Under the pieces are notes generated by a model, which saw only the letters and a list, made by a program, of their open reading frames with translations, had not been told where the DNA came from and did not search any database. Shown one piece after another: positions 24,123 through 32,801 of a stretch of DNA of 64,000 nucleotides (position 1 is its first letter; each line of letters starts with the position of its first letter). The DNA comes from a virus: the IMG/VR virus record IMGVR_UViG_3300045988_159773. The stretch is one strand, 5' to 3'. The position numbers were made by a program, and so were the translations under genes.

Positions 24123-25556
24123 TTACAACTGTTGCTCCCACAACTTGCCACCGTGCAGAAAATGCTCTGGTCTTAACTTGTAGCGGTCAATCACCACCAC
24201 AGGCTCACGCACGATTGCAAACACCGTGTCCGTGATGATTTCCTCCGCTACAAACTCCTCAAACTGACCTGCCTTGTCAAGCACGAACACGAACCGCTGA
24301 ATGTGCGGGTTGAGTAAAATGGTTCGCTCCACCCAGTCGTACGTGTACACCGAGTCTGTAAACGAGTCATTCCAACTCTCTTTTGCACCGATTGCCGCGC
24401 CCTCGTAAATCTTGTACTTAACGCCGTTGGACAGCTCGCGCTCAACTTCCCTCTTTCCAACGCCATACGGCGAGCAAGTCAACATCCCCACCTTGTTAAA
24501 ATCAACAGGTCCGAACTTGTCTTCAATCCCCTCGTTCCACGCGTCATTAAGACAGTTTTGAATGTCCACTCCTAAGAACTCGCATCCCGCTTTTACCTCT
24601 GCAAGCGTTGTCTCATTGATGTCCCCTGCGCGGTACTTCTTGCCCAGAGAGCCAGCACCCAGAGCGCGACCGAGAAAACCTTGAAACGCGTCGTAGATAT
24701 ATTCCTTATCGCCGAGGTATTTCTCAATGAGGTACCGTGCCAGTGCGGGTCGGAATAATGATATCTTCGCCGCCACCTTTGCCTGGTTCAGACCTAAGAC
24801 TACGGTCTGCGGCGTTACGAATGCCTTCCCGTTGATAATCTTCACGCCAGAATAAAGTATCCTGTTCTTGATGATTTTGCGCAGAATCTCGTCGTCTTCC
24901 CATGCTTCGAGCAAGGACGGCGTATCACCCGAACGATACGCGTAAATGCTTTGGTGGAAGTGCCGCATAATATCGTTGCCCGTGGTCGAGGTCTTGCTCT
25001 GCGGCGAGTGCAACCCGCACAGGTTGAGCCAGCTCTCTTTGAGTTTGAGCGGGTCGAGCGTCGGATAAGGAAATCCCTCTTTGCGGCACAACGCCAACGA
25101 GTTCTCCACCACCTCGTCAACCGACACCCCAGACCGCTTGAGCAACAGATAGTTGCACAGCTCCGTTATTTGGCTCTTGCCATAAATAAGGTATTCGGCG
25201 TTCTTCGGTATGTAAGAGCGGTCACCGTCGTCTTGGCAGAGGTCGCTCTCGTCAATATCGATAAGCGTCGTAATGTTGCCGAACGCATCGAACAGCGCGA
25301 AACTGAAATTGTAGTCCGTTTCATGGTCGTCATCCTTCCATATCGGATAGTGGACTGCAAACCGAATCTTGTTCGTGTGAAAAAACGAGAACATCTTATT
25401 CTCGCACGAGGGCATCTCGATTTCCGTCTTCTTCAAGTTTTCAAACGCCGTTATAGAGTAGCGGCACAGCGTAAAGCCGTCACGCCTTTCACGAACGATT
25501 CCATCTTTTGCCGCGCCACCGAACAGCGAACGCTGACCTGTAACATTAAAGCTCAT
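24123..25556 (-). CDS. hypothetical protein with weak SAM-methyltransferase-like motif
   Basis: 477 aa, ATG after GAGGTG. SLFRPALARYLIEKYLGDKEYIYDAFQGFLGRALGAGSLGKKYRAGDIN recalls the motif I region of N4/N6 DNA methylases. No clear (D/N/S)PPY. Confidence 0.35.
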   Translation of the reverse strand: MSFNVTGQRSLFGGAAKDGIVRERRDGFTLCRYSITAFENLKKTEIEMPSCENKMFSFFHTNKIRFAVHYPIWKDDDHETDYNFSFALFDAFGNITTLIDIDESDLCQDDGDRSYIPKNAEYLIYGKSQITELCNYLLLKRSGVSVDEVVENSLALCRKEGFPYPTLDPLKLKESWLNLCGLHSPQSKTSTTGNDIMRHFHQSIYAYRSGDTPSLLEAWEDDEILRKIIKNRILYSGVKIINGKAFVTPQTVVLGLNQAKVAAKISLFRPALARYLIEKYLGDKEYIYDAFQGFLGRALGAGSLGKKYRAGDINETTLAEVKAGCEFLGVDIQNCLNDAWNEGIEDKFGPVDFNKVGMLTCSPYGVGKREVERELSNGVKYKIYEGAAIGAKESWNDSFTDSVYTYDWVERTILLNPHIQRFVFVLDKAGQFEEFVAEEIITDTVFAIVREPVVVIDRYKLRPEHFLHGGKLWEQQL

Positions 25557-25572
25557 AAAACACCTCGTTTAA

Positions 25573-26043
25573 CTATACAAAAATATGGTGCTCTTTGGAA
25601 AGACGGCGCACCAGACCCGCTACACACGAAAAGTCAATTTCAAAAATCATAAGATAATGCGGATACTTGCGCAGGTATTTCAAGTGCCTCTTCTCCAACA
25701 TTAAAGCCGCAAGCATGGCGTTCCACAATGGCAAACTTTCCACATAGTCCGACAGCAAGAACTCCATTTCAAAGAAGTCATCCACGTCATAATCGCCACG
25801 CAGATAATGGCATAACTTGCAACTCGTTTCCATAAAACCCATTGCAATGTCAAGCGCACCGCCGCTCGCAATCATTTTTCGGGTCACGCTGCGAGGGATG
25901 GAATAAAGACGGCTTCGCTCATTTGACCTCTCAATCAAACGGCGCAAGCCGCCAGAAACCCCGAACCATATCAGATACATGAGTAAAATCGTGGACGTTA
26001 TGTTAATCAAAATCAGTGCTGTCAAAATCCTCTCCCTTCTCAT
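25573..26043 (-). CDS. membrane-anchored hypothetical protein
   Basis: 156 aa; N-terminal TM ILTALILINITSTILLMYLIWFGV. Confidence 0.5.
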   Translation of the reverse strand: MRRERILTALILINITSTILLMYLIWFGVSGGLRRLIERSNERSRLYSIPRSVTRKMIASGGALDIAMGFMETSCKLCHYLRGDYDVDDFFEMEFLLSDYVESLPLWNAMLAALMLEKRHLKYLRKYPHYLMIFEIDFSCVAGLVRRLSKEHHIFV

Positions 26044-26425
26044 TCACCTTTGGAACTCGCGACCAGTGCGTTGCGTAGCGCGGAAACGCCGTGTCAAGCG
26101 GTGTGCCACAGTAAGGTGGCTCCTCAATCGGCAAACGCCACCACAATACATCACCATCGTCCTCAGACCACGTGTCAGCGGGGTGCAAGTTCAACAGGTC
26201 GGCGAGCATAACACGCAAATTCTCAATCTGCTTGTTCGCTTCCACTAAGGCGGCTGCACTCTCCTTTGTCGCAAGCTCTTTCTCCTCGTTCCAAAGCAAG
26301 AGCAGAGCATCAGCGATTTGAGCTGCAAAGTCGGGTGTCGGAAAATCCGCGTATCGCGAATCACCGCTTGCGCGGAGCTGAATGCGCATTCCCATTAAAG
26401 TCTCGATGAGCGTGTTCCTATCCAT
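26003..26425 (-). CDS. hypothetical protein
   Basis: 140 aa, ATG after GAGGGAG. Confidence 0.55.
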   Translation of the reverse strand: MDRNTLIETLMGMRIQLRASGDSRYADFPTPDFAAQIADALLLLWNEEKELATKESAAALVEANKQIENLRVMLADLLNLHPADTWSEDDGDVLWWRLPIEEPPYCGTPLDTAFPRYATHWSRVPKVNEKGEDFDSTDFD

Positions 26426-26675
26426 TTCTCTCCCTCAATTTCGCTTCCGCGTCTGATTTCGACAGGAACACCGTCTTGCCGAGCGCGGAAAGCGCAGTCA
26501 AATATGTGCTGTTCTTTTCAAGGCGAAACCGAACTCGGTCTCCAATGACAAACTCAGCAATTTTCGTCTCCCAGAGTTTGCCCTCGCTATCAATGAACCA
26601 GACCACAGTCCCCACCGCAAGCGGCAAGTGTTCTTTCCAATTCATAATCTCATCTTTAAGGTCTAAATTATTCAT
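26418..26675 (-). CDS. hypothetical protein
   Basis: ORF 26418..26705 starts at TTG. First good ATG is 26675 (MNNLDLKDEIMNWKEH...) downstream of GAGGG. Start uncertain. Confidence 0.45.
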   Translation of the reverse strand: MNNLDLKDEIMNWKEHLPLAVGTVVWFIDSEGKLWETKIAEFVIGDRVRFRLEKNSTYLTALSALGKTVFLSKSDAEAKLRERNG

Positions 26676-26708
26676 TCTTCTTGCAACCCTCATTAATAAG
26701 TACAACCG

Positions 26709-28574
26709 CTACGAGAACTGTTTACCAAACTCCGCGATAAATTGTTCGCGCGTATACGTAATTATTGCCCCATCGACAATCTTGGTCTCGTACTTTCCTT
26801 TGCCACCCTTTATCCAGTGGCTTTGAATGTTCAGCCCGCGAGCCACTTTGATGGGAAATTGAATGTCGTCAAGCGATGCCACTGGAATCGGAACGCACCG
26901 ACAATTTCCCACAAAAATCGCTGGACAAAGTTGATAAATTCCAGTATAATGTTCAATGTTATGAACAAACAAAGAATCTATTCTTCTGACTTTTTTCACA
27001 AGGCGCACAAAATGCACACCATCGATAGAATCCCTATTTGCAAGGTCGCTTCCATCCTTGGATGCAAGAGCGACACGCTCAAGAATGGATTTATTCGTCT
27101 CGGACTCCCATTCACACTCAACATCCCCCCTGCGCAAAGCAAACTCCCCTCGAATAAAATTATTGACAAATTTAATAAAGGTCAGTCTGTTCTCAGCCTT
27201 TCCAAAGAATTCAACGTCGACCGTGGAGTTATTGTGAGACTGCTCAACAACAACGGAATCAAAGAGCGTACTGGTAGCCAAGCCAATATTATCAGATTCC
27301 AAAACACACCGCAAGACCAACTCAAACAGCTCACCAAATCTGCCAATGAGACTCTGCGCGGCAGAAAGTACACCGCTGACGAACTCCACGCCCGCGCCCT
27401 TAAAAGAGAGGTCAACGGAACTATGCACGCGCACATCGGATTCTTTGAAAACGAAGTCCGACAGGAATTTGAAAAGTTCGGATATAAAGTCACTCCGCAA
27501 AAAGCTATCTACGGATACAATGTCGACCTCTTTATCAACGATTCCGTCATTGTGGAAGTCGAACCCGTTGCTCAATTCCTTTTCAAGATGCCCAGCACAC
27601 ATAAAGGCAAAAAACTTAAAGAGCTGCTCAAAGGAAATTACAAGGTCATCTACATTGTTCCCATGAGCAAATCCGCGACTCCCTATAACATAGTCCCCCT
27701 CTTCCAACTCCTTGACCGAACGGAAACCGACTGGAGTCACGAATGGGTGATTAGGTGTAACAGTGACGGTAATGCCATCATCGAAAGTTAAATCAAAGAC
27801 TTCCCCCTCATACTCTCTGCGGTAAACCTTATTTATTCCGTAGAGAGTTTTTATTTCTGTTTCACCACTAAAACAATTAATGAACCGACCGCAGTGGTTC
27901 TGGTAGTTGTCAATCGTTGGCGGGTCATTCCAAAAGAACAGCACCCCGTCCAGAATAGAGTGGGAACTACGCACCCGCGAGTCCTCGCTTGTCGACCAGA
28001 TGTAAGCGTTCAGTCCGATTTTCTGCATACGTAATTGGGTAAGCGTCGAGGTGATTTTTGCAGACTCTGTGCGGATGATTACCCGCGCTCGCTTGCCCAG
28101 TCGCTCCGTCAGTTCTTTGGCAAACTCCGTACCGCGAAACGCCGTCCCTCTCTTATACGCCCTTTCCATATCGAGCGCGATGTCCTGCGGCAGGTCTTTG
28201 ATTAAGGACACGTTATGCCTGAACGCCTCCATGAACCTGTCGTAGTCCTCTTTGTTGTTCAGCAGATTTTTCGCCCGCAAATTCAAGTACTTGTTCCGTG
28301 GATTCTGAATGAACGCGCCGACAATCAACTCGAACTCCTTGCCCGACTTTGCAAAAGTCGAGTTCGACAGGTTGAGGATGGATTGCTTCAACGGCTTTAT
28401 GGTAAACTCGTGCAAAATCATATCAACCTCTTCGTATGATTTTGCCTTGCGAATGCGCGACGTAAGCTGTGCCTCGACTTGCGCTTTGAACGCCGCCGTC
28501 AGCAGATTCTCCTGTGTCCAATTCGATTTCAGTTTGCGATTTATCTTCCTACGGAGTCTTTTCGTCAATTTCAT
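26709..28574 (-). CDS. head morphogenesis protein (SPP1 gp7 / Mu F family) interrupted by an intein
   Basis: 621-aa ORF. N-extein ...ARVIIRTESAKITSTL...IWSTSEDSRVRSSHSILDGVLFFWNDPP...HCGRFIN and C-extein CRCVPIPV... together rebuild the family hallmark (R.E...; D.r.c..C..l.G; hpnCRC). Confidence 0.75.
   Translation of the reverse strand: MKLTKRLRRKINRKLKSNWTQENLLTAAFKAQVEAQLTSRIRKAKSYEEVDMILHEFTIKPLKQSILNLSNSTFAKSGKEFELIVGAFIQNPRNKYLNLRAKNLLNNKEDYDRFMEAFRHNVSLIKDLPQDIALDMERAYKRGTAFRGTEFAKELTERLGKRARVIIRTESAKITSTLTQLRMQKIGLNAYIWSTSEDSRVRSSHSILDGVLFFWNDPPTIDNYQNHCGRFINCFSGETEIKTLYGINKVYRREYEGEVFDLTFDDGITVTVTPNHPFVTPVGFRSVKELEEGDYVIGSRGFAHGNNVDDLVISFEQLFKFFAFMCAGHLEKELSNGFDFHNDGIVDKEVDIVSVDSFLRSDFISELFKFLSDFVFKESDVRVHSSVDLSFKGAGVEFVSGVLSAAQSLIGRFGELFELVLRCVLESDNIGLATSTLFDSVVVEQSHNNSTVDVEFFGKAENRLTFIKFVNNFIRGEFALRRGDVECEWESETNKSILERVALASKDGSDLANRDSIDGVHFVRLVKKVRRIDSLFVHNIEHYTGIYQLCPAIFVGNCRCVPIPVASLDDIQFPIKVARGLNIQSHWIKGGKGKYETKIVDGAIITYTREQFIAEFGKQFS
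26922..26950 (+). promoter_or_regulatory. sigma-70-like promoter on the plus strand (TGGACA-17 nt-TATAAT)
   Basis: -35 at 26922-26927, -10 at 26945-26950. First in-frame ATG after the expected transcription start is 26961 (near-leaderless). Confidence 0.4.
26961..27791 (+). CDS. homing-endonuclease-like protein (two HTH motifs + PD-(D/E)XK/Vsr-like nuclease) encoded antisense inside the intein
   Basis: Plus ORF 26742..27791; ATG at 26949 or 26961. IPICKVASILGCKSDTLKNGFIRLG and GQSVLSLSKEFNVDRGVIVRLLNNNG look like HTH motifs. GFFENEVRQEFEKFGYKV...YGYNVDLFINDSVIVEVE parallels the nuclease cores of 28571..29524 and 37160..38701. Only protein-like plus-strand ORF in the window. Confidence 0.6.
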   Translation: MNKQRIYSSDFFHKAHKMHTIDRIPICKVASILGCKSDTLKNGFIRLGLPFTLNIPPAQSKLPSNKIIDKFNKGQSVLSLSKEFNVDRGVIVRLLNNNGIKERTGSQANIIRFQNTPQDQLKQLTKSANETLRGRKYTADELHARALKREVNGTMHAHIGFFENEVRQEFEKFGYKVTPQKAIYGYNVDLFINDSVIVEVEPVAQFLFKMPSTHKGKKLKELLKGNYKVIYIVPMSKSATPYNIVPLFQLLDRTETDWSHEWVIRCNSDGNAIIES

Positions 28575-29524
28575 TTCAGCACCTCAATTACAAAACGCTC
28601 CGTCTCATCTCTACGATTTACCCAAGCGTCCTCTGTTATAAAATAAAGGTGCACCCCCTTTTCCGCGCACCGAGCCAACTTAATTGAGTTAAACTCATCT
28701 GAGGTCATCCCCTTCTTTTTAAGCAACACCTCATCAGAATGCCAGTAAGTCCCATTATACTCAAAAGCAACAAACTTATCTGGAATCAAAATATCCAACT
28801 CAAGCGGCGGTATAAACGTACGTGTGTTTACATCAATATCGCAACCACACACAGACCGAACAAAATCCTCAAGCTCCCTCTGCTGCGCCTGATAATTCCT
28901 GACCCAATCAACCCCCAAACGAGCCAAAGCACGACGTGCATGACCACTTCCACTAAAGCCAAAATAATCAATCAAACTATCGAAATCAACGTGCTTCCTT
29001 TCATCCACAAAACGCGCCTCGATAAACTCCCTTGTCAAGTCATCCACATTCCGCATATGAATATGCTTGTTATGCTCGACCCCATACTTATCAAGCATAG
29101 TTTTACGCTTCTTCATAAGTGCCTCCTCACTGCCACCCCCGAACGGAACACCATACCGCGCGACACATGTATCCTGAGCCTTCTTTTGAACAGCCACATT
29201 GCTAAATGGACTATTTCCACCAAACCGCTCCCTGTTTCTTTGTAAGGTTTTCTCCTTATTAGAACCCCACAACGCCACAGTAGAGCCGTACTTATCCATG
29301 CACGTTTGTTTCCTCTTCTCAATTGCTTTCTCAGTGTTTAGGGGGTTGCTATTCATGCACTGCAATTTTGCCGCACACGAACGACTACACGTGCCTTTCC
29401 AAATACTCTTCTCTTTTCCGCAAATAGGACAAGTGTCCATCGCATGAACGCACGATGGACACAAAGTAACTCTCATATTCCTAACATCAAACTCAGAGCC
29501 GCAATGCACACAAATCTTCTTCAT
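28571..29524 (-). CDS. free-standing homing-endonuclease-like protein (Zn-ribbons + PD-(D/E)XK/Vsr-like nuclease)
   Basis: ORF 28571..29560; ATG 29524 (MKKICVHCGSEF...) follows GTTATTTTAACT. Repeated ..KYG.. motifs. C-terminal QQRELEDFV...LELDILIPDKFVAFEYNGTYWHS. ATG 29560 (TAATG with the helicase stop) is an alternative start. Confidence 0.6.
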   Translation of the reverse strand: MKKICVHCGSEFDVRNMRVTLCPSCVHAMDTCPICGKEKSIWKGTCSRSCAAKLQCMNSNPLNTEKAIEKRKQTCMDKYGSTVALWGSNKEKTLQRNRERFGGNSPFSNVAVQKKAQDTCVARYGVPFGGGSEEALMKKRKTMLDKYGVEHNKHIHMRNVDDLTREFIEARFVDERKHVDFDSLIDYFGFSGSGHARRALARLGVDWVRNYQAQQRELEDFVRSVCGCDIDVNTRTFIPPLELDILIPDKFVAFEYNGTYWHSDEVLLKKKGMTSDEFNSIKLARCAEKGVHLYFITEDAWVNRRDETERFVIEVLK

Positions 29525-29526
29525 AG

Positions 29527-29536
29527 TTAAAATAAC
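29527..29536 (-). promoter_or_regulatory. late-promoter-like motif GTTATTTTAA, 2 nt from ATG
   Basis: Minus strand GATTGTTATTTTAACTATGAAGAAG. Confidence 0.4.
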
Positions 29537-29559
29537 AATCAGAGATGTATGTACCGTCA

Positions 29560-30903
29560 TTATTCAGAGTTTCGCTCGAACGCTTCTTGCTCCATTACCA
29601 CATACCTATCCACAATTTCAGAGTTCGAAAAAGTAGCCTTCGCATGAGGATTAAAACCCGTAACAAAAAGACCATCCAACGAGCGCACACGACTGAACGC
29701 AACGTATACTTGCCCATTCATAAACATCCTTGAGCAATCAATAAATGCCGCGTCAACCGACGTGCCCTGTGATTTATGTACGGTTATAGCATAAGCCAAC
29801 CGCAACGGCAACTGGTTGATGGTTGCCAGCGTGACGTCAATTCCGCGCTCGTTTTTCTCGGTCGGATTAAAGATGGTCTCTTCTTCGACCGTGTACACGA
29901 TGCCGCTGTCAAACCGCACGATGGGATTGCCGTAGGTATCGGAAAGCCCGAACCCCTCATCCTCCGTTCCAATGCCAGAGAACCCGATGACCTCACCCAG
30001 AGAGCCGTTGAACAGATACCCTCCGTCAACGTCCTTGTTCTTACACATCATCACCCGCGCACCGACACGCAACACCAACTCCTCTGGAATTAGCGAGTCT
30101 TTCCAATACGCTCGAATAAGGTTCTCGTCTCCGTAGGAATCCGCGCGGAACTTTCGCTCCGTGGCGGGGTCAAGTTTGTTGAACTTGAACACATTGTACT
30201 GGTCAACCTCTGCGTTGGTCGAGAACAGCCGAATTGCCGTGTCATCGGCGGGAACCTCGCGCGACTTGATACGTGCAATGTCCTGCGCGTTCAACTTGTT
30301 GTACCTCAACCGAGTAAGGATACGGTAGAACTCGTCGTCCCCAGACTGACGGAAATTCGATGTCATAAGCATCGTCTTGATGTTTGCCTCTTTCCAACAC
30401 TTGCAGTCCCAGCAGATTTTATCGTTGGCTGACGTGCCCTTAAACACAGGCGGCAACTGCAAAAAGTCACCGAACAGCGCGACCTGAACCCCGCCGAACG
30501 GAAGTGAGGAATCCCTCACCATCTTACAAATCTCGCTCACACACTCGAGCAGAGCGTCCGACACCATCGAAATCTCGTCGATTATGAGTAACTTTGCCGA
30601 ACGGACAGCCCAACCCCGCTTACCAGCATCAACCTTATTCGCACTCTCCTTTGCGTTCGGCGCACTGGGATTGATGAGGAACTGCGAGTGCAACGTGCGC
30701 CCGCCGACATTGTTCGCCGCGATGCCCGTGCTTGCCGTCGTCAATACTCGACCCTTGTAGTTCGCTCGTATGAAGTCAATAAGGAAAGACTTGCCAGCAC
30801 CCGCGCGTGCGGTTACAAACAAGTTCTCCCCAGCATTGAGGGCGTCCCAGCACATCTTTTGGTCAACGCTTAATATTGAAGTGTCTACAATCCTTTCGTC
30901 CAT
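29560..30903 (-). CDS. Pif1/RecD/Dda-like SF1 DNA helicase
   Basis: 447 aa. Walker A ARAGAGKSF, Walker B LLIIDEISMV, C-terminal AITVHKSQGTSVD. Confidence 0.8.
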   Translation of the reverse strand: MDERIVDTSILSVDQKMCWDALNAGENLFVTARAGAGKSFLIDFIRANYKGRVLTTASTGIAANNVGGRTLHSQFLINPSAPNAKESANKVDAGKRGWAVRSAKLLIIDEISMVSDALLECVSEICKMVRDSSLPFGGVQVALFGDFLQLPPVFKGTSANDKICWDCKCWKEANIKTMLMTSNFRQSGDDEFYRILTRLRYNKLNAQDIARIKSREVPADDTAIRLFSTNAEVDQYNVFKFNKLDPATERKFRADSYGDENLIRAYWKDSLIPEELVLRVGARVMMCKNKDVDGGYLFNGSLGEVIGFSGIGTEDEGFGLSDTYGNPIVRFDSGIVYTVEEETIFNPTEKNERGIDVTLATINQLPLRLAYAITVHKSQGTSVDAAFIDCSRMFMNGQVYVAFSRVRSLDGLFVTGFNPHAKATFSNSEIVDRYVVMEQEAFERNSE

Positions 30904-31054
30904 GCTACCCTATACGCCTTTGTCACTCTATTTCGTCCGCCGTTTCCTCGTTCTTGCTCACGTCACTTCAAAAGCTCGCGAACACCTGCGACATGTAACC
31001 ATCTCCACGTATTCCATAGCGTTGTCTTTGAACCACTGCAAAGGTTCAACCCTT

Positions 31055-31063
31055 ATTATATCA
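31055..31063 (-). promoter_or_regulatory. possible extended -10 promoter (TGATATAAT)
   Basis: Minus strand GGGGGTGTGATATAATAAGGG followed by the TTGAACC/GGTTCAA hairpin, upstream of the helicase gene. Confidence 0.3.
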
Positions 31064-31228
31064 CACCCCCTTCCAGACAACGCAGTACGGATACTTTTTG
31101 CTGTCCAGCCCTCCGAGATAAACGCATGCATCATAATCCTCGTCGTTCTTGTCGCAGAGGATGCCGCCGTCTTTCTTTACGCACTCCTCCGCCTGTTCCT
31201 TCGTTTCAAATACCTGAAACCTCGTCAT
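31061..31228 (-). CDS. small hypothetical protein (55 aa)
   Basis: Below the ORF-track cutoff. ATG 31228 after AAGGAGGAATTATC. MTRFQVFETKEQAEECVKKDGGILCDKNDEDYDACVYLGGLDSKKYPYCVVWKGV. Confidence 0.45.
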   Translation of the reverse strand: MTRFQVFETKEQAEECVKKDGGILCDKNDEDYDACVYLGGLDSKKYPYCVVWKGV

Positions 31229-31317
31229 GATAATTCCTCCTTGGCGAACCCGCCTAATCCTTTATACAAATACGGTCATAATAAGGAAAGCGGCGAGCTC
31301 TCGCCCGCCGCCACTTC

Positions 31318-31950
31318 TTAAAACCACGCCGACATCACTACGCCGTCTTCCCACTCGAGTACGAGGTCTTTCCCCGTGTCTTTCTTGAGGGCTTCCAGCA
31401 GACGTCCCTGAATCTTCTCGATGGTGCTTTCGGGCTTCTTGTATTCCGCGCCGAACTCCTTTGCACCCGCGTGGCAAATTGCCATATCTTCCTCGTCCAC
31501 GTTGATGTTAAACGCCTCGTTCTCGTCCCAGATTGTGATGTGCTTCTTGTCCGCCTTGAACTTGAAACGGAAACGGCTTTCCATATCGAGGATAAATCCG
31601 TCGTCCAACAGGTCAAACGTCCACGCGCTCAGCTCCTTGATTAAGGCTGTGAGGTTCGGGAACTGCACCGCCAACTCTTCGCTGATGGCGGGCTTGCGGC
31701 GGTAGCAGTGCTCGCACTCGTCGACCAAAATCAGTTTGTTCTCTTTGATGAACGGATTGGTCTTCGGCATCATTTTGCCGCACTTCTTACAGCAGGTCGT
31801 TATCTCGTAAATCGGTTCAACGATTGTCTCGACCTTAGCGAATGGACACTCACGCCCGTCCTCGGTGCACCCGCCGCACTCTTCCAGAGCGCGGCACTCG
31901 GCTTCGTTTGTGCAGATGAGTCTCTTTCCTTTTCTTTCAAGCGTCTTCAT
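31318..31950 (-). CDS. Cys-rich hypothetical protein
   Basis: 210 aa. TAATG coupling with the upstream gene. CTNEAECRALEECGGC...CCKKCGK...CEHC. Confidence 0.55.
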   Translation of the reverse strand: MKTLERKGKRLICTNEAECRALEECGGCTEDGRECPFAKVETIVEPIYEITTCCKKCGKMMPKTNPFIKENKLILVDECEHCYRRKPAISEELAVQFPNLTALIKELSAWTFDLLDDGFILDMESRFRFKFKADKKHITIWDENEAFNINVDEEDMAICHAGAKEFGAEYKKPESTIEKIQGRLLEALKKDTGKDLVLEWEDGVVMSAWF

Positions 31951-32357
31951 TAGTTCTTACCTCCCACAATAAGGTCATACAGTTTTGCTTTGAGTTCCAC
32001 TATTTCTTTGTCTCTTTCCGCAATGATGGCGTCACGCGCCGCAACTTGCTCCGACAGCTCGGTCACATTGTGCACCTGGTTCATACAAACCTCGCGCAAC
32101 TGCTCAATCTCTTTCGTAGCCGCCTCAAGCTCGGGATTCTCAATCCAGATGTTGATGGTGTCCGCGCCGAGATTGATTTCCAGCCTGTCACCCAAATCGC
32201 AAATCCAATTGTTCTCGGTCTGAGTGCTGCACGCATAGATGTCATACCCTGCGTTTTCACTTCTCTGCGCGTCCCTGTCGTAGTCCGTGGGGAAAAGCCT
32301 GTTTGCCAACACCCACGCCGCGTCTTTGCTTACTACTGAAATTCTTTCCTTGTTCAT
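31950..32357 (-). CDS. hypothetical protein
   Basis: ORF 31950..32420. ATG 32357 follows AAAGGAGAATCGAAC (MNKERISVV...). First gene after promoter cassette copy 2. Confidence 0.55.
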   Translation of the reverse strand: MNKERISVVSKDAAWVLANRLFPTDYDRDAQRSENAGYDIYACSTQTENNWICDLGDRLEINLGADTINIWIENPELEAATKEIEQLREVCMNQVHNVTELSEQVAARDAIIAERDKEIVELKAKLYDLIVGGKN

Positions 32358-32408
32358 GTTCGATTCTCCTTTGAGGTTTGGGTGTTTATCACTTCCAACC
32401 TTGTGCCT

Positions 32409-32437
32409 AATATAGCACATTTTATTTAAGATTGCAA
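32409..32437 (-). promoter_or_regulatory. sigma-70-type promoter, cassette copy 2 (TTGCAA-17-TATATT, TG extended)
   Basis: Minus strand AAACGCTTGCAATCTTAAATAAAATGTGCTATATT with upstream A/T-rich TTTTAATTAAAAT. Near-identical to copies at 63133..63161 and 59700..59728. Confidence 0.65.
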
Positions 32438-32489
32438 GCGTTTACATGAAAAAATATTTTAATTAAAATTATTTATTTCAAACCTCATA

Positions 32490-32508
32490 TTCCTCGGTAT
32501 GCGAGGAA
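32490..32508 (-). terminator. hairpin TTCCTCG-CATAC-CGAGGAA (weak terminator)
   Basis: 7-bp stem downstream of gene 32560..32745. No clean U-tract. Confidence 0.3.
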
Positions 32509-32559
32509 AGAACCGTCACCATTGATACATGGTAAGACGAACCCGCATGCCTACGGCGG

Positions 32560-32745
32560 TCATCTTTTCACCGCCGTGAGGTCTTCGAACGTGATATTAT
32601 GTACGAAACAACCGTGCACCTTGTTAATAAGGTCGTTGTTCGTCCCGTCCGTATATGTATCCTTAAATTGTTTTAGTTGACCGAGAGTCGTAATCCCGAT
32701 TTCCTTAGCCCACTTTATGAGCTGCATAAATTCGTTGAGTGTCAT
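32560..32745 (-). CDS. hypothetical protein
   Basis: 61 aa; ATG after AAAGGAGAATTGAACA. Confidence 0.55.
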   Translation of the reverse strand: MTLNEFMQLIKWAKEIGITTLGQLKQFKDTYTDGTNNDLINKVHGCFVHNITFEDLTAVKR

Positions 32746-32801
32746 TGTTCAATTCTCCTTTGATTTGGTGCTTACATATACAAAAACAGGTACGATTTTC
32801 A

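Larger units (their letters stand above)
26904..27875 (-). mobile_element. intein (324 aa) inserted between N233 and C558 of the gp7/Mu F protein
   Basis: Starts CFSGETEIKTLYG (block A), has TVTPNHPF (block B T..H), and ends ...LFVHNIEHYTGIYQLCPAIFVGN followed by +1 Cys. No LAGLIDADG or HNH motif in the 200-aa interior. Confidence 0.7.

Noticed and set aside
24123-25556. Confident call of a DNA methyltransferase
   Set aside because: Only a motif-I-like stretch (IYDAFQGFLGRALGA) is visible. The catalytic (D/N/S)PP(Y/F) tetrapeptide is absent (only CSPYG). It is kept as hypothetical with a weak note.
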